Assembly: GCA_004022145.1 (NCBI GenBank)
Contig: RCNU01000001.1
Source: Paecilomyces variotii
Lineage: Eukaryota
DNA length: 64,000 nucleotides
Direction: 5' to 3' (one strand)
Position numbers and translations under genes: made by a program. Shown one piece after another: positions 51,290-62,725 of the stretch. Under the pieces are notes generated by a model that saw only the letters and a program-made list of their open reading frames with translations, ran no database searches and was not told the origin of the DNA. Within the stretch, counting starts at the first letter, position 1; each line of letters begins with the position of its first letter.

Positions 51290-54200
51290 TCACAGGAATT
51301 GGGACGGGAGTCCATTTCCACCTGCAGTGTCTACACCTTCGGCACTCTTGTCATACTGCTCGTTGAGGAGAACCTCGAGCATATCAAACTCGCCAACCAT
51401 AGGTCCAGTCCCACCTAGACCTTGGTCAACACCGGCAGTCGAGCTGTTGAAGAACTGGTCCAGCGGTAGAGCAAACCAGTCTGGAAGCGCTCCTGAGGAC
51501 GTAGCACCCTCGTTGATTGCCTGAGATGGTGGATTAGAGTCCTCCAAACCAGCACTTGGCGGTGTAGCGTTGGGGTCATAATAGTTGTAATACACAGACG
51601 GCGGAGGGGGCATGAAAGAGACATTGAGATTGGAAGAATTGATAGGCTGAGCCGGGATATTGGCCAAAGGATCGTGGCCGTTGGTGACCGTTGGGGTAGC
51701 GTTATTGCTTCCATCCACGGAGTAACCTAGATTTTGTGCTCCACTATGAGACGATTGCCATTGAGAACCGGCGACATCCCTACGAGCTTGCGTGCTGTCG
51801 CGAGGACGTGGTGACTGGGGTGTGGACACCGGTGCCGAACCGCGGTCCTGGGTTTCACCTTCACCGGAGCGATCCATTGGAGCAAACCGAAGAAATCTTG
51901 TTCGAATGTTAGTTGTAAGTAATTCAAGCAACCTGGCTATCGTATGACTCAGGTGGACATCGTCGACAACGCAGGTCCGCAGAGCCTCGACAGTCTTGTC
52001 CTGGAGCTCTAATGAGACACGGACATCGTCTTCCGTGGCACCCAGTGTGAAAGTCTTCAACATGTTAGCTACACTCACGAAAAACATGAGGGTAGACGCA
52101 AAAATACCTTGAGAATGAATATCATGCCAGACAGGATCCTAAAATATGTCCGAACAGGACAATGTTTTAGATGATCGCCGGGCACGAGACCCTCAAGAAC
52201 GGTCTGAAGGATTTTCCGCGAAGCATCCACAACCTCCTGAATATAGGGTTCATTGACTCGATACAGCTCCATGAGAACTCGAAGTGATGCGGTTCCCGAC
52301 GGCGAAGGACCAGAGCCAGGTCTTTCACTTTGAGCCTGGGCTGAAGCTGCCTCATTCGACATGGTAGTCCATCGATCGACCACGGCTTGTAGGGCCAGAC
52401 AGTTCACGTACAAGCCTGCAATTCACACCATTACATTAGTAACTACTCAGCAAGGTCCAAGCACGAGACACTTACGTGTATACTCATATTCGATCGTCAA
52501 TATATGACGCATTTGAGGGCACACTGGCATTTTTGTTAGTACGGACATTGATCACGAGCTCAAGGGGGTTTCCACTAACAATTAATGCTGTCCAGGTTCC
52601 GGCGGAACTCGCGTAATGAAGGGAGGAACTCATCGATCTGTTCACGGTACCGTCCACTCCTGATGAGTTCGGACGTCTGCTCTTTAGAGGCAAATAGCAA
52701 CTGATTGCTCATGTACATGACCTTCGAGATTCTGATCCAGCAGTCTTGCATCCTGTCAATCAGGACGTCCCCTGATTTTGGATCCCCAAGGGACGGTTCA
52801 ATGTCATGACTCCATTGGGGTAGCGGCAGCATCGAAGGGATTCCAAGGCGTCCGCTGCTCTGGGTCACATAGACAAGAATCAGACGACGAACACGACGTT
52901 TTCGCATCTGTTCAGCTGGGGACTCGTTTGCATTGGAGCTATTCTTCTGGTCGAATACTCCAAGCTCGAATGCCAAAGCTTGTGCCGTGCTCAGCAACAT
53001 CCAGGACATCCGGTCGGATCGCCAGGCAGGCTCCAACCACTTCTGAAAAGCGAGTCTTCCTTCGGCACCGCCACTTGAGTTCTTATTTGACGTCTGATCA
53101 GCATCGTTGTCTATGTCCTTGTCGGAGCGTGTCAGTGAGACGTGTGCATCCATGTCCAGAAGCGTGTTCTCGTCGTCTCCAGGAGGGAAATGCAGGTTTC
53201 GCGGGTGCCAGTCAGTCAAAAGGAGAAGAGCTTCGACGGTGCCCAGCGATCTCAGATGTCCTTTCAAATTGACCTTGCCGGGAAGAGGTCCAAGGTCGAC
53301 TGATCTTGGTTTGCTAAAACCAACAGAGTTTCCGCCAAACTTCTCCTGACCCCAGAAGAGCCGCTCGATCATGCCTCTCAGGTAGGACCAAAGCCGGTCA
53401 TGGATGTAAAAGGCACGAGTGAAGGCACCATCGCCCTTCGGTTTCATATGGCGGGAAGCTGCTGTAAGAATCGTAACAGCTAACACCGGCTCTTCCGTGA
53501 GCAGCGTTCGGTGCGTGGAGGGTGGCGAGAAGTCCGGTAATACAATTGGACTCAGAGGGGCCATATGTTCGTAGTAACTAGAAACGTAAATCAGCCTGTT
53601 TCCGCACAAAACAACCCTGCAGGAATCAAACTTACTATGCGACATATGCCATGGCTTCATCAACGGTGAGCCAACCTGCTCGCACAAATCGAAGACGCGA
53701 CCATGCTTTGACCGCATCAAGATAACCAGGATCTTGCGTATCGACTGAATTGGCTGACTGTGCTCGATTATCGACCAAATGAGGCTCCGCAGGACCCGAA
53801 GCTTGTCCTCGGTAATAGCGTCCCAGAGCCTCAGGTCGCGGAAGCGTCGAGTACGGCTGCGGACCGCTCCGGGGGGTACCTGTTTGGGCCATAGGGGAAA
53901 CCGGTGATGTATAGGAAGCAGCCGCCGCCTGTCTGGCAGCATATCTGTTTTCCAGACTCTGACGGTTTAGATCTTCAGTCCTGCCGGCGGCCTCCGACAG
54001 TAGATGGAGGGCATCATGGCTGTTGCTGATAGTCGGTGATAGGAGTTCCGCCGCCGTTCTGTTCATCATATGCTGCCCACTCTCCAACGTATAACTCTGC
54101 CCTCTGCCATTGAGAGGATATGCGGGGGGCCGCGGGAGCCTTATATCCTGGAATTGCGGCGAAGGCGCGGATGAATTGGTCGCATACTGCGTCGTGGGAG

Positions 54201-54753
54201 CTGGCCGCCCCATCTGAGTCGTTGCGGACGGAGACGATTCTGACCACGACGGTCTGGACGAGGCTCTGCCATTCTCGAACGAGGTCGAACCAGCAGCCTG
54301 CGTATAGGGCGATGCATTGCCATTGCCTGGCGTATCATTGTATGACTCCCCCACCATCATCCGCTTATCGCGGCGGAGCGGACCATCGACCTCATCACTG
54401 CCGCCTTCTGAAGCCTTGCGCTTCCGTCTTGTTGCTGAGAATTCGCATCGTTTGCTCTCGCGTCGACATCGCACACACGGGGGCGGACGGGGGTTATCGA
54501 CACCTGGACTCGCATCAATGAGAATGCTCAAAAACCATTATATATCCCGTAGATCTCTGGGGAACCGGTGAAACGTACTTCCTAGATCGCACTTGACCTT
54601 GCGCTTACGACAAGGGTCGCATGCCTGGTATCCGCGACGGTGGTGCGGTTGAGGAGACAGCGACTTGGAACTCTCCGAATAGAGGCCATTACTGTTATTA
54701 TTCGGATGACCGCCATTATTAGGTGGGATCGAGGGGTCTGCAGCGGACGCCAT
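51290..54753 (-). CDS. Zn(II)2Cys6 transcription factor, ARO80-like
   Basis: RRGYQACDPCRKRKVKCDLG|SVDNPRPPPCVRCRRESKRCEF; middle homology region with LRSLGTVEALLLLTDWHP and WLEPAWRSDRMSWML; C-terminal PDWFALPLD; about six exons. Confidence 0.88.
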
Positions 54754-55328
54754 TTAGGGCCGTTTCGAGAATGATGAGCTTCGCCTTCTGTCGGCGCAGA
54801 GTGGAGGGATTGGGGAAATTGGTAGCCGATGCAAAGCGAACATTTGCGAGTACTTAGTCTACCTAAGTAAGTGGGGTTTGTGGCCGGTTTGGTTTATCCC
54901 AACGCAAAGATCTACGGGTTAAAAGGCGAACGATCTCCCGAGGATATATGCTAAGACACTAATAAGAGAGGCCATGGGATTTCTTTCTCGTAACTATGTA
55001 GTTAAAAATCGCGGATCTTCGTCTGTTCTGGTTATGGATTCCTTTTTTTCTTGACTCGATCCCAGATCGATCCGAACCCTAAGTAATGTGCGGGGTAGTA
55101 ATTCGATACGGGGTATTAATTCGCCTTGCATTCCTGATCCTACCGTGGGAGGATGTCGAGCGATTGACTAACTACAGTAATTTAGTTACATTCTGCATTC
55201 TTTCGAATCATCACCAGTCACGAGAAGTGCAGAGCTACTGGTGGAGTTCTTCAGGCCATGTGGTTTGGTGCTCACGGGATTAATATTGTCGACTGAGCTA
55301 GTAATGTAAGTATTATATACAAGGTCTT

Positions 55329-55351
55329 TAGCCACACATCCTGTGTGGCTA
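55329..55351 (-). terminator. Helitron 3' subterminal hairpin
   Basis: TAGCCACACA-TCC-TGTGTGGCTA, a perfect 10-bp stem located 9 nt from the CTTG terminus. Confidence 0.8.
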
Positions 55352-56199
55352 TCGCCCTTAACAGAAAGTAATACTCAGTATATAGAGCTTAGCAATTAGG
55401 ATAATATATTAGGACTTTAATACTGATTATTATAGAGGCTTTAATATCTTATCCTATCTTATATTATAGCCTATCTAAGTCTCTCTTTTCTAATTAAACC
55501 CCTAAATATTAGTAGTCTTAGTCTCCTTCTTTTTATTCCTAAATATAGAGTATAAGAGCTATTAATATTCTTATACTAATAATATTTAATATCCCTTAAA
55601 TTATAATTATAATAGATCCTAGATTTAACTTTTTAGATTTAATATATTTAATACTAATCTTAGATAGTATCTGCTAGATAAATCCCTTAAACTAAAGCCT
55701 ATCCCTAAACTTTATAATATTAGATAATTTTAGAGCTAGAGCTAGAGCAGCTTATTAAATTAACTTATCTAGGTAATAATTTATAGCTATTCTTATTTTA
55801 TATAACTATCTTATACTTATCTATTATAAGAATTATAATTATTAATCTATATATATATTTTAATCTAATATAAAAAAGGGTTTCTAATCTTAGCTTAAGA
55901 CTAAATATAATATATATAGATATTAGTAGTAAGAGTCCCTTATACTCCTAATATTTTCTAGCTAATATATTATTTATAGTATAATAATAGTAAGCTTAAT
56001 TATTAGTATATTATATAGTAATTATAGGGCTAAATCCCTATATTAGATTAACCCCTAATATTGCACTATCTTATTTTTCTTTTATTTCTCTTACTTTAGA
56101 GAATATGCTAGTTAATAGATAATCTTTTATTAATTAATCTAATAGAGCTAAATATTTAGAGAGAGTATATAGCCTAATTACCTAAAGCTAATTATTAGA

Positions 56200-57390
56200 A
56201 GTAAATATCTATTTAAATTATAAACTGCTGAATCTAAAGCTATAATAATTAATTAATCTTATTTTTTAATACTTTATCTATTTCTGCTTTTTTATCTTTT
56301 TTTTAAAGACCTTTTTTATAATAAACTTATTTATAGAATAATTATTAATATTATTTAATTAAGTGCTTTTTAAATCTAAGCCTTTATTTAAAATTTTATT
56401 ATTAGACTTAGCTATATTATTATTATTTAACTTAGACTTTATAGAGTTAAAGATTTTAGAATATTAAAAAAAGAAGTAGAAAGAGAAATAGAAGAAAAAA
56501 TAAAAAGAGAAATTAATATTAATAATTATAGACTTAATAATATAAGCTAGAGTTAAAGATATTATATCTAACTAAAAGGCCTTATCTCTAGCCTAATCCT
56601 TAGCAGATATATTATTTGCCTTATTAAAGACCTTATAGTAATATTTATAAAGTATTATATTAAGTATAAATACTTATGTAATAATTAATAAATTATATAG
56701 AATATATAATAGGGCTATAGTATAGATATAAAGATACTTCTTTCCCCTAAATATAAAGTAATTAATTAGATTATTAGAGACCTAGAGAATATATCCTATA
56801 TTAATAGTAGGAAATATCTTTAGATTAGATTTTAGGCTAATTATAATTATTATTTAAAAGATAATATATTACTTTAAGCTATTTTTTTATAAAATATTTA
56901 TATTAACTGCCTTATTATTATAATTATATATTATTAGCTATATATATAATATCTAATACTTATTAATAGCTAGTAGCTTATAGATTATAGTTATAATATA
57001 AGATAGAAAAGGCTTTACTATTAGTAGTATATAGTCTTTATATATATTAAACTCTAGGTTATTAAGTATTTTATAATATAATAGTAAGTTAGCAATAAGT
57101 AAATATTAGCTAGAAGGAAGGGCTTTTATAAGGTAAAATATTTAGTATAAATAGATAAGATAAGGTAGCCTTAATCTATTATCTTTATTAATAAATATCT
57201 TTAATAGAATATAACTGCATTATTTAAAAAGATTAGATTAAACTAATTATAATACTTTATAGTAATAGAAAGATTATTAGGCTTAATAATTAAGCTTAGT
57301 AATAATTCTTTTAGACCCTAAGTAAATACCTATATAATTATTTATTTAGCTATAATTTTAGGCGCAGTATTAATAGCTAGAATATTAGAG
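56200..57390 (-). pseudogene. Second RIP-mutated ORF carried by the Helitron (candidate OB-fold ssDNA-binding protein)
   Basis: Semi-open frame ILNNLEFNIYKDYILLIVKPFLSYIITI, which may derive from VPGDPEFDAYEDHVPP.VKPFLS.V.TV (57069-57001). It continues KIFPTINIGYIL*VSNNLINYF and ends in a low-complexity basic tail. An intron branch site GCTAAC lies at ~57090. Boundaries are approximate. Confidence 0.45.
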
Positions 57391-57602
57391 AAAAAACAAT
57401 ATATATTAAAGATTAATATAATACTAAATAATAAAGATTCTAGCAGAGGGAAATAAATAATAAAAAGAAAAAAAATATTTAAAAAGATTAGAGGAGTTAG
57501 CAAAGAAGAATAATATATATATATTTTTACTTAAAGGAAAGTATACTTAATCCTTTATCTATAGATTAATAAAATTAAATATTAATAATATCTATCTCCT
57601 AT

Positions 57603-60600
57603 TTAAATAGGTAAGAAGGGCTTAAATATCTCTAGCTATATAATATTCTTTATAGTTTAAGCAGTATTATTCTTTTTAAATAATATACTAAGTCTCTAAG
57701 CTAATATTATCCTTAATATAATAATATATAGCTAACTATAGCTAAATATAGATATTTGCAGATCTATCCTAATATAATAAAGCAATTAATTCTAGGCTTT
57801 ATTAATAATTATAGCAAAGGCTAATTTAACTAAAAATTATATATAAGTTAAAAGAAATAAGAATTTATTATTTTTAAATAGAAGCTTAAGCTATAGTAAA
57901 AGATATTAATTATCTTTAAACCTATTTATAATAATCTTAATCTCTAAATAATAGTATTAGATATTAGTAATAATAAGATAAGTTCTATTATATATACTAT
58001 ACTATAGGTTATAATTTTATATAAGTATTATTAATATATTTATCTTTAACTATAAGTTACTTAAAAATAATAAAGAAAAGTAAAGGCTTTATAAAAACTT
58101 TATAATATATTTTTTATTTAATTTATTATTATTATTATACTTATCTAATAATAGAAGATATATTTTTTAGCTAGGCAGATAAGTAAGTAATATCTTATTA
58201 AACTTATTAATATTAATATTATATAAGGTTAAAATAGTATAGTTTTAAAATAAAGCTAGATTTATAGCTAGATTAATTATTACCTAAAAATACTTTATAG
58301 GGTAAACTAATTTTAAGAATATATTTAACTTATATATTATTTAAATATATTAGAGTAAAGAAATTAGGCTAGTTATAGTTAGATTATAATTAAGATCTGC
58401 TAGCTACTATATTAAATAATAATTCTTCTTATAAATAGATTATAGGCGCATATTATTAATTAGAGAAATAATCTTTAAATATAACTAAATTATAGTATAT
58501 TATAAATAAATTATTATAATATTTATATAATTACTACTAAGTATAATAGGTAAGATTTATTAAAAATTACTATTAAGGATAGTAAGAATTCTATTAAATA
58601 GCTAACCTTTGCTAGGTATATTATTATAAATATTATAAAATATCTAGTTAATAGTATTAAAGATATAGCAATTAATTATAGGAGTTTTATCCTAAATAAT
58701 TAGAGATATCTGCTACATTAGCTCTGCTATACTTATCTCTTACTTAATATTATAGATTAAATCTTTATTATATAGTATAGGGACTTAAAAATATTTATAA
58801 GTAATATAGCTACTAGGAAGAAATAGTAATATAACCCTTATAAAGGTAATATAAAGGATAATTAGGCTATAAGAATAGTAGTATTTAGCTAGTATATTAT
58901 ATAAATAGATCTTACCTATAGTAAATAAAGATATTAGTATTAGGATTATATAATAAAAAGAGGGATTTTATTAATACTACTAAGATTATATAAGAAGAAT
59001 CTTATTATTATAGAATTCTCCTTAATAGCCTTAATAATATATAAAAAGGCTATATACTACCCTTTATTAAATAATATAAAGCAGTATTTAAAAGCATTAT
59101 ATTGCTTAATATAATTATATATAAGCTCTTCTTATAGCTTCTAGTAAGTATTTAATATTTATAATAACTAATTATACTATATTAAAAATAATCTATAATC
59201 TAGTAAAGTCTTATTAGCTTATATTATAATCTGCTAGATATATTATAATATAAGATTTTTATATAAATTATTATTAGAGAGATTAAATAGAAAGTATATA
59301 TGCTAAATATATATTAGCAAATTATTACTAATTAAGTTATTAAAATACTCCTAGATAATAATAGCTGAATTATATATTAAAAGTATATATACTAAAGCTA
59401 TAGTAAATATTATATAAAGGATCTTACTTATCTAGAAGGTAATAGTATTTTTAAAGCATTTTATCTACTTATTTTTATAATTAATAATATTAAGTATATA
59501 ATAAGCCTTTTAGAAGATAGAATAAATAATATTATTTACTATATAAATAGCTTTATAATTTAAAGAGTTAAAGATAATTATTAATAAATAGTATAAATAG
59601 TAAGCCTTACTTTAATAAAGAATTAGAGAATAAATCTATTCTATCTAAAAGCCTTTTTAATATAGCTTTTATTTATTTCTCTCCTAAATAAAGTGCTGTA
59701 ATATATTAATATAGAGATATTTTTTTACTATAAGATTTTTATAGTAATACTTAAAGAATTCTAGGAGATAGATTATCTTATTATTAAGTATTTGCTAAAC
59801 CTTATTTATAAGAATATTAGTATTATATATAATATCTTACTTATTTTTATTATATACTATTAATATTATAATTAAAGGCTTTATATTATCTATATAATAT
59901 TTTATAAGGCATTAAATTATCTTTAATATGCCTAGATATTATCTATTAATAAACTCTTTTATTTTATTAAAGCTAAATTTAACTATAAAGCAGTTTAGCC
60001 CCTTATAGAGATATTTATAGAAATAATAAATTGCTTTAATATTGCTATATAGTTTAATATTAATATAGGTAATATATTTCTAGCTTAGATAAAGGTTATA
60101 GAGAATTATCTATTTATTACTTATCTTTAGAAACTCCTATAATTAAATAGAGTACTTAATCTTAATTTATATAGTATTATAATAATAATATTATAGATAG
60201 CTATTCTCTATAATCTTAATAGTATTATAGAAAGGCTTAGAGAAATATTTAAAGTAAGTTTAAATATTATTAACCTCCTTTATATAAATAGCTATTAGGT
60301 TATAATTATTATATAGCTAGTATATTATTATTTTTATAATTATTATATATAATTACTTACTACTATAACTATTAATAGGTAAAATCTCTATTAAAATTAC
60401 CCTATTAAGAGTAGATAAATTAAGGAATTACTAACTGCTATTTATCTATAAAAAGATATAAGTATAAAAAAGACTTTACTTCTAATATTTAACTATAAAG
60501 ATATAGGCTCTATATTAACTAAAGATATATTACTTAGTAATATTATCTAGGAGGTAGTTTAGCTTTATTTAAAATACCTATATAATTAAATTAAAGTAAG

Positions 60601-62100
60601 TATAAATATTTTAAATTAGATCTTTAGCAGTATTTTAAATAAGCTTATTTTTAATCTCTATTTAATATAGATTAGCTATAAATATAATAAAAAAGATAAG
60701 CTTATTATATTATATTATAATTGCTATAAAATTATAATAATACTTTTAATAATAATATATACTTTTTATAAATATTATTAGTAAAATTATTTATTAGCCT
60801 ATATTAGCTAGAGCTAATTAATTAGATAAACTCTTATATAATTCTTAAGCGCGGGTACTTAACTGCATTTAAGAATATTTTTTAATATATAGCTTAGGCT
60901 AATTCTTTTATATAAAATCTAGTTTTCTCTTCTTAATTATAATATAGGCATTAATAATAAACTATTAAAAGAGATTAATACCTTAATATAAAATATTAAA
61001 TAAACCCTTATATAGGTATATTAGCTATTATGCTTAGATTTAATTAATTAGCTTATTCTGTTAGTAGAGATTATTTTAATCTATTATCTTAGTTAATTAT
61101 ATAGCTTAGTAGTAGTCTATTTTACTATTAAAGTAGAATAGAATATAGTAAAACAGGAGATATAGAGAATAGATATAATAAATATTTATTAAGTATTAGT
61201 TATTATTTATATTATAGAAAGTATTTAGAGTATAAAGATTAGCAATCTTAGGGATATTAAATAATAGTTACTTATTAGGTATATAGTTAAAGTAAAGGCA
61301 GATATTATAAAAGCTAGTATAAGAATATTTACTTAGTATATCTAGACCCGCTAATATAGCTAGTATATTAGAGATAAAGCTAATAATCTTATAGATAAAT
61401 ATAATAGGATTAAACTGCTAACTATTGCTATCTAGGGCAATAATATATATTTATATATTTAACTGCAAAGAATCTAAAGAGAGAGTTTTTATAATATTTT
61501 TAATATAGTAAAATAATATATAGAATAAATTTAATTTATAAATATTATAGTTTAATTATTTATAATAACTATTACCTGTTAATATAAGGTTAGATTATTT
61601 TAAGTATAAATCTTATAGGTAGAGAAAGGATTAAGTAGGTAAAGGCTAATATAACTAGGATTAGCACCTATAAACTAAAGATATATATTAGTATATAATA
61701 TAATAATGCAGGGCTTATATCTTACTAGCTAAAGGTTTTTAATAGTAATATATAGTTCTATTAATTTAAAATATATAATTTAACTTATTTAAGCTTAGAT
61801 AATTATTCTAGTTATAGCTAATAGAAGTAAATATTAGTAAATAATTTAATTAGCAAATATAGGACTAGAATAGCTTTATATCTATATTATTTATATTAAA
61901 ATAATAATAGAGTTTAGTATTTAATAAAGGCGGAATAGGGTTTAAATATATAGAGCCCTTCCTATAATATATATTAAAGAATATATTATATAAAATTATA
62001 ATCTTATAATACTAATAAAGAGTATTATAAAAGAGATAGATCTAATTTATTTACCCTAAATCTAATATATTCTATTCTTTAGTATAAGAAGAAAAGGTAA
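57603..62100 (-). pseudogene. RIP-inactivated Helitron RepHel (Zn-finger + HUH Rep endonuclease + PIF1 helicase)
   Basis: Raw minus-strand translations and their de-RIPed readings: IYLFYNTLY*YYK..YYRKG = CPFCGALHW..E..CCGKG (~62040-61955); KLIFFIIFIANLY*IEI = motif 1 KPTFFITFTANPHW.EI (60703-60662); VKY*K*SLFYTY = motif 2 VEYQKRGLPHAH (60493-60458); *IILYNLY...YINIK...YYFYKYLYKG = WVVPYNP..HINVE..motif 3 Y..KY.YKG (60028-59999); LII*DKTPI = LIIWDE.PM; NSNF**ILP = GGDFRQILP; NMRL; LAFAIIINKA*N* = LAFAMTINKAQGQ; FSYS*LYIIILR = FSHGQLYVA.SR. The N-terminal start is not resolved. Confidence 0.92.
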
Positions 62101-62725
62101 TAAAAATACCTTATTTATATTAATATTATCTATAGCAGGCAGAGCAATAATAATAATAGTGCTAGTCCTTAAAGAAAGATATATAATATATATAATAGAT
62201 TGAGTTAGATAAAGAGCTTAAGCCTATACTTATATTCTATATTTATATCTATAGCTAAGCTTTATAATAATCTAATTAGTACTAGTAATAATTAATATAG
62301 ATACTGTAAGATAGGGGTATTATTATCTAATATATATTATAGCTCTATAAGATCTATAAGATTATTAATAGTATAGAATTAATTAAATAATAATAGATAT
62401 AATAATTAATATAATAGCTAGAATATTTATTATATCTATTTAAAGTAAATATTTAATTATTATAAGAAATATAATACTTATAATCTATAAATAGCTATAG
62501 TATATTATTATAAATAGCTATATAATAATCTATATATTTAATATATTAATAAAGAATAGGTTTATAGATAGGCTCTATATATTGCCTATAATAAGTATTA
62601 GGGTTAAATATAAGTATAGATATAAAGATAAATAAGAAAGCAGATATTAATAATAAATAGCAAAGATCTAAGATAAATATATATTATAAAGGCATTAATA
62701 GCCGCTATTAATATATAAAATAATT

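Larger units (their letters stand above)
55320..62720 (-). mobile_element. Helitron (rolling-circle transposon), apparently full length, heavily RIP-mutated
   Basis: De-RIPed RepHel motifs (next feature). The 3' end on the minus strand is a hairpin (55329-55351) + AAGAC + CTTG, followed by T. The candidate 5' end is A|TTTTATATAT at 62720 and is less certain. Confidence 0.88.

Noticed and set aside
55298..55301. CTAG as a canonical Helitron 3' terminus
   Set aside because: It lies ~27 nt from the hairpin and is followed by C rather than T. CTTG|T at 55320-55323 fits the spacing and target site better.
58550..58615. Plus-strand GTAAG...GCTAAC...TAG that looks like an intron of a RIPed gene
   Set aside because: It is the antisense of the helicase PFGG...GGDFRQILP region, which reads continuously on the minus strand.
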